Origin: Candidatus Cloacimonadales bacterium
GTDB lineage: Bacteria; Cloacimonadota; Cloacimonadia; Cloacimonadales; JAIOQZ01
Length of the DNA stretch: 64,000 bases
Reading direction: 5' to 3'
Assembly (NCBI GenBank): GCA_963665815.1
Contig: OY762463.1
Coordinates: 1,280,001-1,344,000 of the forward strand
Below the pieces are notes generated by a model that saw only the letters and a list, made by a program, of their open reading frames with translations, ran no database searches and was not told where the DNA came from. The first letter of the stretch is position 1. The number at the start of each line of letters is the position of its first letter. Positions 10,107 through 18,482 of the stretch are shown piece by piece. A program made the translations under genes and the position numbers.

Positions 10107-13100
10107 TTAATCTTTATAGTAATGTTTCAATTTAATATAAGTTATTACATTCAACAATGCAACATAAAGTAATGTTACAAGTAAATTAAAATTATACGTT
10201 CTGAAAATTCGATTGAAATAGAGTTTATAGCTCGAAAGAAAAACGTTTTTACCGGTGTTCAGATACTTTCCATCCATCATATCCACAGAAAGATTCAGAT
10301 ACCTGTTCACATACTTCTTTTTACTGTACTTCTCACCAAAACTATTCTTCTCATTTACGATTTTTTGTTTTTCTTTTGTTAAGTCACTTTTAGTAATTAT
10401 ACCGTTCTCATAATTTTCTCTGAGTGTCAATCTTTTTTTATTCAGCAATTCCAATTTGTATTCAAAAGGATTTCGCTTTGAATACGCTGTGTATAACCCC
10501 TCAAACAGCCACCTCGAGGGAATAACTTCCACAACTTCCGGTACAGGATTGGTTTTTACAACACGTAAACTCCTGTTCATTCTCTCATATTCTATAATTG
10601 CTCCACCAAAAATAATCTGCGGTATCAATATCAAAGGCAGTACATTAATTATTGCCTTCCTTGAATTTATGAATGATGATATCAGCATACCAAGGCTGAA
10701 ACCGAACGCTCCGGCAACACATAGATACAGAAAGTTAATCCAGAATACTCCCCGAATTCCCAGTATTAAAACAGATACACTCAAATAAAGAATTGACTGT
10801 ACAACCGTATACAAAGTCAATGCTGCAAATTTACTGAATAAATGGTATGAGATTCTTGATTGCAGCATCTTTTCCCGAATGAACATCCGCCGTTCTCCAA
10901 GTATCTCTTCTATACTGTTAGACATACCCATAAAAATAAACACAATTATCGAAATAAATATGAATATACCAATATTAATATTCTCGGCATAAGAATATAC
11001 TTCGTTAGTTGGAGCAAGTCTCAATATAAACGATATCAAAAATCCCAGCAGCGGGGCTTCCAGGAAAGTAATCAGATTGTTCGACTTATTCCTGAACTTC
11101 AGCAGAAAATTCTTGTACAGATATGCAGCAAGCAGGCGACTAAGATTGTAAAAACCAAGCTTCTTCCGCTTTATTCTACCTGATGTTACCTCAGCATTAG
11201 AGTCTTCTCCCTCAACATTCATCAAATCATATAGAGTTTTGCGTCTGAATTTATCACGCCAGTAGACAGGAGTAAATTTCCTTTTTACCATTAACGTATC
11301 ATTTTTCTGTATATACCTTATCTCACCATTCTCATCATAGAATGGATACTCAATCAGCTCATAGAAGAAATCCGGTATCTGCTGACGTTTTTTCTTACGG
11401 ATTATCTCCTTACGCTTTGTCAGAGAATCTATCTCTGTATTAAAGTAATCAAAAGCATCCTGAGGTGCTCCATAATAGACCTGCTTACCCCCCTGATCCA
11501 TCAGAAGTATTTTACTGAAGGTCATCAGAATATCAGTATTAGGCTGGTGAATTGACAATATAATAATCTTTCCCTGATTACATAACTTCTTCAAAAGTTC
11601 TATCACCTGGACAGAATCTATTGATGACAGACCTGATGTCGGCTCATCGCAAATCAGGATTGTAGGTTCGGTAAGCAGTTCCAGAGCAATATTCAACCGC
11701 TTACGCTCTCCCCCGCTCAAGAGTTTGTTCTCAGCGTTTCCGACAATACTGGTTTTCCTGTGCTGCAAGTTCATCTCCATAAGAATATTGGCTATTTTCT
11801 GTCGGAGATTTTCCTTGGATATTCTTGGCAGCAGCAGTTTTCCTCTGAAATAGAGGTTTTCGTATACTGTGAGTTCGGGATATAGCAGATCTTCCTGTGG
11901 AACGAATCCCACAAACTTGGAGAAATAGTTTATATTGCTGAAATAATCTTTCCCATCAAGAGTTATGGAACCATATGTAGGAGTTATCTCCCCTATAACG
12001 GTTTTCAGCATTGTTGATTTACCACAACCGCTTTGTCCCAGAATTCCTACAAGATCACCCTTGGACATTGAAAATGAGCAGTTATCCAGGGCAAGCGCAC
12101 CATCCGGGAAATAGTGTTTGAGATCGAGAACAGAAAATTCCTGAACCTCAAATGGAATCTCAATCAAATCCAGAAACTGGTTAATCCTGAAATTTCTGTT
12201 ATTAATTGTAATAATATCGTTGTTAAGAACAAATCTGACAGATTCGGAAATTTTTTTCTTGTTTACATAGAAATCCCAGCGTTTACGTTTGGGATAGATG
12301 AAATACTCTCCGGACTGCGATTGAATCCAGGCAATTGTCTTACCTTTGTCCTCAGCTGACATAAAGAACATATTGTTGTCAAAACCGATATACATTTTGC
12401 CGGGTGTGACCGGATTAGCTCCGATATCATCTCTATGCTGAATCACATCTGTCAACAGGAACGGATCATAACTATCAATACAGATCGAATCGTCAAAATG
12501 CAGCTTTATTTCCTTATTTACAGGTATTTTGTCGTCATTTACAGACACACAGCTGTATTCCTGAATAAGACTGTAATGGTTCTTATTATTTATGATTTTA
12601 AACTTATAGCTTGTTGTGGAAAAACTGATGATATCGTAAGAATTACGTGAGTCCATCATCTTCTGAAGATGCTCTGCAGAAAAACTGACTTTCCCAATGT
12701 TAAGATGTCCCATGGGAGGCAGCAGATACAGCCGATTTCCCTTCAAGGGCTGATCGTTTATGAAAGCCGAACTGTTATTGCTGGTACCAATAAATATCAG
12801 TTTATCAATAGTAACAACGAGAAGCTCTTTGTCTTTTACATCACCATCGCGGAACATGATGTCCGATTCACTATTCTCACCAATAATAAGGTAATCGTGG
12901 AAAAGTGATTTTCTTGTATGATGGAAATAGCGGAATCCTCTGATAGACACAGGCTCTGTCTTACTGTACTCAATCGCATCAATAATCGCCATAAAGCCTT
13001 CTGTCTCAAGGTTAAGCTTTTTGGATAGCTCCAGAATCTGAGTTACATCTGTTGATGAAAACGAGTTGTTGACGTTAGCAAGTGCAATAAGACTGATCAG

Positions 13101-13358
13101 GATTCTGATCTTATCGAGAGTTATAAGATGCCTGTTGAGAAAGTTCAGGATTTTTGGCATATCCAGTTCTTTCTGGCTCATCTCCCGAATAAACATCTCC
13201 CAGGATATATCTTCCTTGCGGAACAGGTTTTCCAGCAGATTGAACAGAACGTCTGTTTCAGATTCGTCGATCACATCATCCGAGCGAATCAGACTTATAT
13301 ATAAACCCGTTATATGCTTTATTATCTCTTCTCTGATTTTGGCATCTTCTTTATTCAT
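10107..13358 (-). CDS. Fused ABC transporter: TerB-like N-terminus, FHA-like beta domains, ABC ATPase and ABC-2/ABCG-type permease
   Basis: Walker A GQSGCGKST, Q-loop VPQED, signature LSGGERKR, Walker B ICDEPTSGL, SIHQP; six C-terminal TM segments; N-terminal D..I.E.E TerB-like helices. Confidence 0.85.
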   Translation of the reverse strand: MNKEDAKIREEIIKHITGLYISLIRSDDVIDESETDVLFNLLENLFRKEDISWEMFIREMSQKELDMPKILNFLNRHLITLDKIRILISLIALANVNNSFSSTDVTQILELSKKLNLETEGFMAIIDAIEYSKTEPVSIRGFRYFHHTRKSLFHDYLIIGENSESDIMFRDGDVKDKELLVVTIDKLIFIGTSNNSSAFINDQPLKGNRLYLLPPMGHLNIGKVSFSAEHLQKMMDSRNSYDIISFSTTSYKFKIINNKNHYSLIQEYSCVSVNDDKIPVNKEIKLHFDDSICIDSYDPFLLTDVIQHRDDIGANPVTPGKMYIGFDNNMFFMSAEDKGKTIAWIQSQSGEYFIYPKRKRWDFYVNKKKISESVRFVLNNDIITINNRNFRINQFLDLIEIPFEVQEFSVLDLKHYFPDGALALDNCSFSMSKGDLVGILGQSGCGKSTMLKTVIGEITPTYGSITLDGKDYFSNINYFSKFVGFVPQEDLLYPELTVYENLYFRGKLLLPRISKENLRQKIANILMEMNLQHRKTSIVGNAENKLLSGGERKRLNIALELLTEPTILICDEPTSGLSSIDSVQVIELLKKLCNQGKIIILSIHQPNTDILMTFSKILLMDQGGKQVYYGAPQDAFDYFNTEIDSLTKRKEIIRKKKRQQIPDFFYELIEYPFYDENGEIRYIQKNDTLMVKRKFTPVYWRDKFRRKTLYDLMNVEGEDSNAEVTSGRIKRKKLGFYNLSRLLAAYLYKNFLLKFRNKSNNLITFLEAPLLGFLISFILRLAPTNEVYSYAENINIGIFIFISIIVFIFMGMSNSIEEILGERRMFIREKMLQSRISYHLFSKFAALTLYTVVQSILYLSVSVLILGIRGVFWINFLYLCVAGAFGFSLGMLISSFINSRKAIINVLPLILIPQIIFGGAIIEYERMNRSLRVVKTNPVPEVVEVIPSRWLFEGLYTAYSKRNPFEYKLELLNKKRLTLRENYENGIITKSDLTKEKQKIVNEKNSFGEKYSKKKYVNRYLNLSVDMMDGKYLNTGKNVFLSSYKLYFNRIFRTYNFNLLVTLLYVALLNVITYIKLKHYYKD

Positions 13359-13391
13359 TGCGTTGACTCATGTATTCCGGATTGTGTGATG

Positions 13392-13859
13392 TTACAGCAC
13401 TTCTACCTTGCACTTTAAAACACCATGGGGAATCAGACCTATCTGGTCGGCCGCCCCGTAGGACAGATCGATATCCCTTCCTTTAATGAAAGGCCCTCTG
13501 TCGTTAACCCGTACGATAACGGATTTCCCGTTTGACTCGTTTGTTACTCTCAGTTTTGTTCCGAATGCAAATTTCTTATGTGCACATGTCATAGCGTGCA
13601 TATCGAATGTCTCACCATTGGCAGTTTTACGTCCATGGAATTTCCGTCCGTAGTACGAACACACGGCGTAGAACTCCTTACCTTTAAGGGGAGTTACACT
13701 CTTCTTTTTTGTTTTCTTAGCGGTAGAGGATTTTTTTACATCCTTAGTCACATAAATGACATTAGGCGTGCAGGCACTGAGTATTACACATATTATAATA
13801 CTGAATGCCAGAAGCTTAGAACTGTTTCTCAACCGATTTATAAATATACTTTGCATCAA
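13392..13859 (-). CDS. rlpA: Septal ring lytic transglycosylase RlpA family lipoprotein
   Basis: Lipobox LSAC; SYYG.KFHGRKTANGE.FDM...AH, VRVNDRGPF, IDLS. Confidence 0.92.
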   Translation of the reverse strand: MMQSIFINRLRNSSKLLAFSIIICVILSACTPNVIYVTKDVKKSSTAKKTKKKSVTPLKGKEFYAVCSYYGRKFHGRKTANGETFDMHAMTCAHKKFAFGTKLRVTNESNGKSVIVRVNDRGPFIKGRDIDLSYGAADQIGLIPHGVLKCKVEVL

Positions 13860-13982
13860 TTGTTTATTTACTTGAAAATCTTTTCATGTCAATATATTTC
13901 GATATTTTGTTGGTATAAAGATTTGATTACTACTTCGTATTGAGACTACAGTTGGTAACGTTAGTTGATTTTTGATAATCCT

Positions 13983-14098
13983 TTTTCCCTGTAGGCTCAA
14001 CAGTCTACCATAGTGTTTTCATTTCGTGAAAACACCAGAAAAAAAATAGGGAAAACAAAATAATGCAGAACTGTTGAGATTTTGCAAGCCTGATTCAT
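13983..14098 (+). repeat. REP-like structured repeat, copy 1
   Basis: Outer stem ttttccct/agggaaaa encloses hairpin gtgttttca-tttcg-tgaaaacac. Aligns without gaps to copy 2 at an offset of 648 (57/75 identical by manual count). Confidence 0.7.
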
Positions 14099-14210
14099 TA
14101 GAGTATACAACTTCATATAGTAAATCCAGAATAGAGTTTTCAGTACATAGAAAAGAAAATCATAGACATGATTCCTGAAGTTTTTAAAATCTTAAAATAT
14201 GGAGATAAAA

Positions 14211-14609
14211 ATGTATGATAAAGAGGAACTCAAGAAAAGAGGTCTAATCTCAACCGGAAGAAGTCTGCCTTATAATCCCAAGTTAAAAGAAAGAGCAAAA
14301 TATTTACGCAGCAATTTGATACAACATGAGAAGCGGCTTTGGTTCTTTTTCTTGAATAAATGTGGTTATAAATGGAGAAGGCAACATCCAATAGACAATG
14401 ATATCTGTGACTTCTACTGTCCTGAACTTAAACTTGTTATAGAAATTGATGGAGAAAGCCATAACAGTGAGTTTGGTAAAACTTATGATTATGAAAGAGA
14501 CCAGATTTTGAATTCTTACGGTCTTAAAATTCTTAGATTCAGTAATCAGGAAATCATAAACAATCTCAATAATGTATGCTCTGAGATTTCGAAATTCTTT
14601 GTCAAATGA
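14211..14609 (+). CDS. DUF559 / Vsr-like endonuclease domain protein
   Basis: LPYNPKLKERAK.LR...E..LW, RRQHPI, DFYC, LVIEIDGESH, YD..RD..L..YGLKILRFSN; GGAGA RBS before ATG 14211. Confidence 0.9.
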   Translation: MYDKEELKKRGLISTGRSLPYNPKLKERAKYLRSNLIQHEKRLWFFFLNKCGYKWRRQHPIDNDICDFYCPELKLVIEIDGESHNSEFGKTYDYERDQILNSYGLKILRFSNQEIINNLNNVCSEISKFFVK

Positions 14610-14625
14610 CAGATAAATTCTTTTG

Positions 14626-14747
14626 TTCCCATTGTCTCGCATGCTCGACATTTCCCCGTAGTGTTTTTACATTGTGAAAACATCAGATGTAAACTAGGGA
14701 AAACAAGTTATTGCATAACTTATCAGCTTTTCACAAGCTACTTCATC
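14626..14747 (+). repeat. REP-like structured repeat, copy 2
   Basis: tgtc..gaca hairpin, then tttcccc-GTAG-tgtttttac-att-gtgaaaacat...agggaaaac; direct repeat of copy 1. Confidence 0.7.
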
Positions 14748-14810
14748 CTTGAAAATTTCTTACAAATCTAAGATTATACAAGAAAACTGACAGATTCTAA
14801 CAACTTTGTA

Positions 14811-14894
14811 CTCCCTCGGTCTGTTTCTGGATGTATTCCTTCGGAAACATCTACGGGGAGCTGGTTCCGATTTCTTAATCGGAATCTGAGGGTT
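14811..14894 (-). repeat. REP-like structured repeat, copy 3 (inverted relative to copy 2)
   Basis: Minus strand reads accctca-gattccgatt-aaga-aatcggaac-cagctcccc-GTAG-atgtttcc-gaa-ggaatacat-ccagaaacagacc-gagggag, the same architecture as copy 2. Confidence 0.6.
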
Positions 14895-15003
14895 AATTCT
14901 TAAAATCTAAATATCAGAGTGTTACGCTTGCAGAGACTTCGAACAACACCGTAAACCCACACTACGTGATGAACTCCGGTAATCCTAATCTTCCCCAAGC
15001 AAC

Positions 15004-15034
15004 AAAAAAACCTGCTGAACTAAGTCAGCAGGTT
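15004..15034 (-). terminator. Intrinsic terminator after nfu
   Basis: aacctgctga / tcagcaggtt stem with an A7 tract on the plus strand. Confidence 0.8.
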
Positions 15035-15099
15035 GTAAAATTATTATGTGTTGTAATCACACCATTCCGAAGGTCTGAAGACCATTCTGAAGGTGATAG

Positions 15100-15327
15100 T
15101 TATTTTGCAGCTACAACTTCTACGATTTCAGGGATTTCTTCTTTAAGAACTCTCTCAACACCGGCTTTAAGAGTTAATGTAGCCATTGGGCAGCTTCCGC
15201 AAGCACCTGTAAGTCTTACTTCTACTACATTGTCTTCTCTGATTTTTACAAGTTCAACATCTCCACCGTCTGCCTGAATTGCAGGTCTTACCTTATCAAG
15301 TACTTCTTCAATACGTTCGCGAGTCAT
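15100..15327 (-). CDS. NifU/Nfu family Fe-S carrier (stand-alone)
   Basis: VRPAIQADGGDVEL...LTGACGSCPMA..TLKAGVE; AAGGAG RBS. Confidence 0.93.
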   Translation of the reverse strand: MTRERIEEVLDKVRPAIQADGGDVELVKIREDNVVEVRLTGACGSCPMATLTLKAGVERVLKEEIPEIVEVVAAK

Positions 15328-15493
15328 TTCACTCTCCTTCTATGTTTTTTATAATCTTTTTAACTTATTCTGTTCTAATGACTAAGTCACATTTCGGAAC
15401 AGATTCACCATGGAATTCTGATTAATCTCAATAAAAAATTAATTACAGGTATTATGTAAAGAAATTTATAAAAAAATTGAATAATGTCAAATT

Positions 15494-16245
15494 ATTTAGA
15501 ACACTGCATATTGGAATCCCCCCTTTTTTTCTTGAAAATCTGACTTCAAGAAAATTGGAAGGATTGTTAGCAGACATTTCTTAGAAAAATGCACTCTTCA
15601 TTTTCTTTGGTACCAAAGAAAACGAAACAAAAGAGAATGGAGAAGTTGATGAAATTGTAAATTTCATCGAAAAGCACTCTTTTTAAAATGTATTTCCAGT
15701 AAACTGGAACCATAAATTTTTCCTAAAATCCTTCCAAGGCTTCAGGATTTCTTAACGGTTAAATTTATTATACAGTAAAAAAGAGAAAATGCTATCTTCA
15801 ATGCAAAACAATCATACTTAGTTCAAAGCTATTACATTGATTCATATTTTCCACTGATTTACTGTTTCAATACTTTTATTTATAATAAGTTATACATACA
15901 TTGTATTTGGGTTTCGGGGGGATGCATGATTTAGATCACTGCATATGGGTATTCCCCTTTTTCATGAAAATCTGACTTGAGGTTTTCTTAACCGAAAAAT
16001 TCACTTTATTAACATATATAGGGAATACAATCTATAGCTATTACAAAGTTTTTTCAGGAAATACCGAATGCAAACGAAAAAGAGAAAATGTCATCATCAA
16101 TGCAATGGAATCCAGTTTTAGTATAATGAAAAACAAACTCAGAAATATTACACATTCTCTACAATCGGCTTAGCAGATAGCTATATTCAATACTTCAAAT
16201 CTTACAGATTTTGCATAATGCAACAGATTTTCAACTGATTCTGTA
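15494..16245. repeat. Degenerate tandem duplication (copy A starts ~15494, copy B starts ~15929)
   Basis: Shared blocks atttaga.cactgcata, tgaaaatctgactt, tttcttaac.g, aaaaagagaaaatg...tcaatgcaa, agctattaca, ttcaatactt. Confidence 0.7.
15555..15737. mobile_element. MITE-like or structured non-coding element with terminal inverted repeats
   Basis: TIR ttggaaggattgttag / ctaaaatccttccaa; three or more internal hairpins; absent from duplicate copy B. Confidence 0.5.
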
Positions 16246-16390
16246 GTCGAACAAGACAAAGGATACTCCCAGACACAACAAGTGAATTCACTCGATAAAT
16301 CCTGCCTTGTTCCTAAATTATCAAAAATCCTTTGACAAATTACTACAATATGCTGTTTTTGTAAAAAAAATATGTGAATGTGGAGGACAC

Positions 16391-16810
16391 ATGAAACACA
16401 GTGGATTAGTTAAGAAAAAGAAATTTTCTCTGATAGACTTATTAATGATAATAATGGTTATCGGAATTATCTTTGTTTTTGTTATTCCTCTTAGACAGGA
16501 TGGAATTGACTTCAAGAAAGCTCAGGAAGCAATTAAGAACATCCAGATAATCAAATTTGCTAACATTAAGTACAAAAACAACCCGGAACTTGGTGACGGT
16601 GACTATGCTGCTGAACTCAGCTTCCTTAACCTTGATCTTGAAGAAAAATACTTTTCTTACTCTGTAACAGATTCCACAGTTGTTGCTACCAGCACAGAAG
16701 AATTTGGAGTTAAAGGAGCTAAGATTATTTATAATCTTCCTAACGGTCCATGGATGACAGGCGGTAAAGAAAAAGTAAAAAGCAGAATCAATGCTGACTG
16801 GTTACCATAA
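16391..16810 (+). CDS. Type IV pilin-like protein with an atypical cleavage motif
   Basis: GGAGG RBS; basic leader KKKK then FSLIDLLMIIMVIGIIFVFVIP; followed by a pilin-like amphipathic helix. Confidence 0.7.
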   Translation: MKHSGLVKKKKFSLIDLLMIIMVIGIIFVFVIPLRQDGIDFKKAQEAIKNIQIIKFANIKYKNNPELGDGDYAAELSFLNLDLEEKYFSYSVTDSTVVATSTEEFGVKGAKIIYNLPNGPWMTGGKEKVKSRINADWLP

Positions 16811-16818
16811 AATTTTAT

Positions 16819-16843
16819 GCCTTCGTAAGAAGGCTTTTTTTTT
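16819..16843 (+). terminator. Intrinsic terminator after the pilin-like gene
   Basis: gccttc-gtaa-gaaggc followed by T9. Confidence 0.85.
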
Positions 16844-16854
16844 GATCAATACTA

Positions 16855-18396
16855 ATGATTTTTCCCATTCTTAACTACGCTGAAACCCACTATAAGCCGT
16901 CATTTCTGAAATCGGCTTACTATAGAACACACCCTGAAATAATATTCGATGTCCCCCATACTCTCAAGTTGCAAAAACAAAAAGAACTTCCGGTGTTCTG
17001 TATTGTTAAAGATGCTGAAAAATTCCCCTGCACAATTACTTCCATAATACTTTATCTTCAATCCGGTTCTATCTGTCGAAAAATCACAATATCCGACACT
17101 GAGATATACGTAGATAAACCTTATTTGGCAACAGAATTTGCTGCGAATATCCCCAAAGATTTTTTTAACAAGCACGTATATATTACGGTGATCGCAGAAT
17201 ACAAGCTGTCAAATAATACTACTCATACATGCATTAATGATAACTACAGAGGAATGCCGTATAGTCCTTTCAGAACATACATCTGCAATGAAAATGACTG
17301 TTTCCCGCAAAACTGGTATAAAGGTGACTGCCATTATCACAGTAACTATACAAACGACCAGGTAGAATTCGGAGCTGACATCAAATCAGCAAAATCTGCT
17401 GCAAAAGCTCTCGGCTTAGACTGGTTTTTCGTTACTGACCACTCTTACGATCTGGATGACAAAGAGGACAACTGTCTTCAAAACGATCCTGAGCTGACCA
17501 AATGGAATAAGCTGACTAATGAAATAAACACTTTGTCAGACGAAGATGTTTGCGTAATACTGGCAGAAGAAGTGTCTATCGGCAGCACAGAGAATAAGAA
17601 TCTACACTTGATTGCTGTCAGACCTGAGCAATTTATCCCCGGCTATGGAGACAGTGCCGAAACCTGGGGTAAAACAGAACCGACAGTAAGCATTAAAGAT
17701 GTCGAACAATATAAACCAAAACTACTCATTGCAGCTCATCCTTTTGAGCCTGTGTCATACTTGCAGAGCCTTTCGTTCAGCTTCAGGAGAAGTGAATGGA
17801 AACAGCCCGACTTCATTGCAGGTAATGTGAATATTCTTCAAATTATTAACGGATCAAACAAATCCCACATAAACCGAAGCATAAAGAAATGGGTTGATCT
17901 CCTGCTGAAAGGCAATATGTATTTCATAACAGCAGGTAATGATGCACATGGCAACTTCGGATTGCAAAGACAGGTAAAACTACCGTTTATCCAACTGGAA
18001 TCAAAAATAGAACAGCTCTTCGGAAAGTGGTTCACAGCTTTCAAGCATAACTCAAATAATCCGGCTGATGGAATCAGAAACGGTTGTATGATCCTCTCTA
18101 ACGGTCCATTCCTTGATTTCATACTGAAAACGGATACAGGAGAGTATGAAATTGGATCAACCATAAAATACTCCCCACAACTTGATTTCAGTTATTGTAC
18201 AGTATCTACATCACAATTCGGCAAGTTTACAAAAGTACTTCTTTACATAGGTGATACCGATACCAGAAAAGAAACCAAGGTGGATTTACTGAAAGAGAGT
18301 GCTCCTGAGGATTATCCTCAAAAAGGGTATATACGAATGGAAGGTTTTACTGAGAATGGTGGAAGAGTAATTACTAATCCGATCTGGATTTCCTGA
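16855..18396 (+). CDS. PHP-domain metallohydrolase (CehA/McbA-like)
   Basis: KGDCHYHS, VTDHS, EEVS, AAHP, GNDAH, C-terminal TNPIW. Confidence 0.85.
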   Translation: MIFPILNYAETHYKPSFLKSAYYRTHPEIIFDVPHTLKLQKQKELPVFCIVKDAEKFPCTITSIILYLQSGSICRKITISDTEIYVDKPYLATEFAANIPKDFFNKHVYITVIAEYKLSNNTTHTCINDNYRGMPYSPFRTYICNENDCFPQNWYKGDCHYHSNYTNDQVEFGADIKSAKSAAKALGLDWFFVTDHSYDLDDKEDNCLQNDPELTKWNKLTNEINTLSDEDVCVILAEEVSIGSTENKNLHLIAVRPEQFIPGYGDSAETWGKTEPTVSIKDVEQYKPKLLIAAHPFEPVSYLQSLSFSFRRSEWKQPDFIAGNVNILQIINGSNKSHINRSIKKWVDLLLKGNMYFITAGNDAHGNFGLQRQVKLPFIQLESKIEQLFGKWFTAFKHNSNNPADGIRNGCMILSNGPFLDFILKTDTGEYEIGSTIKYSPQLDFSYCTVSTSQFGKFTKVLLYIGDTDTRKETKVDLLKESAPEDYPQKGYIRMEGFTENGGRVITNPIWIS

Positions 18397-18421
18397 AGCA
18401 GTAAAGCAATCATGTTTATAT

Positions 18422-18452
18422 AAAAAAGAAAGCTGCAGATATTGTGCAGCTT
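18422..18452 (-). terminator. Intrinsic terminator after ftsZ
   Basis: aagctgca / tgcagctt stem with an A-tract on the plus strand. Confidence 0.7.
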
Positions 18453-18482
18453 CCTGGGGGTTGTTAGAACAAAATTCTGTTG

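Noticed and set aside
14966-15277. 103-aa plus-strand ORF
   Set aside because: Antisense shadow of nfu that runs through its terminator.
13983-16250. CRISPR array
   Set aside because: The repeats are few, degenerate and irregularly spaced, with no unique spacers of constant length and no cas genes.
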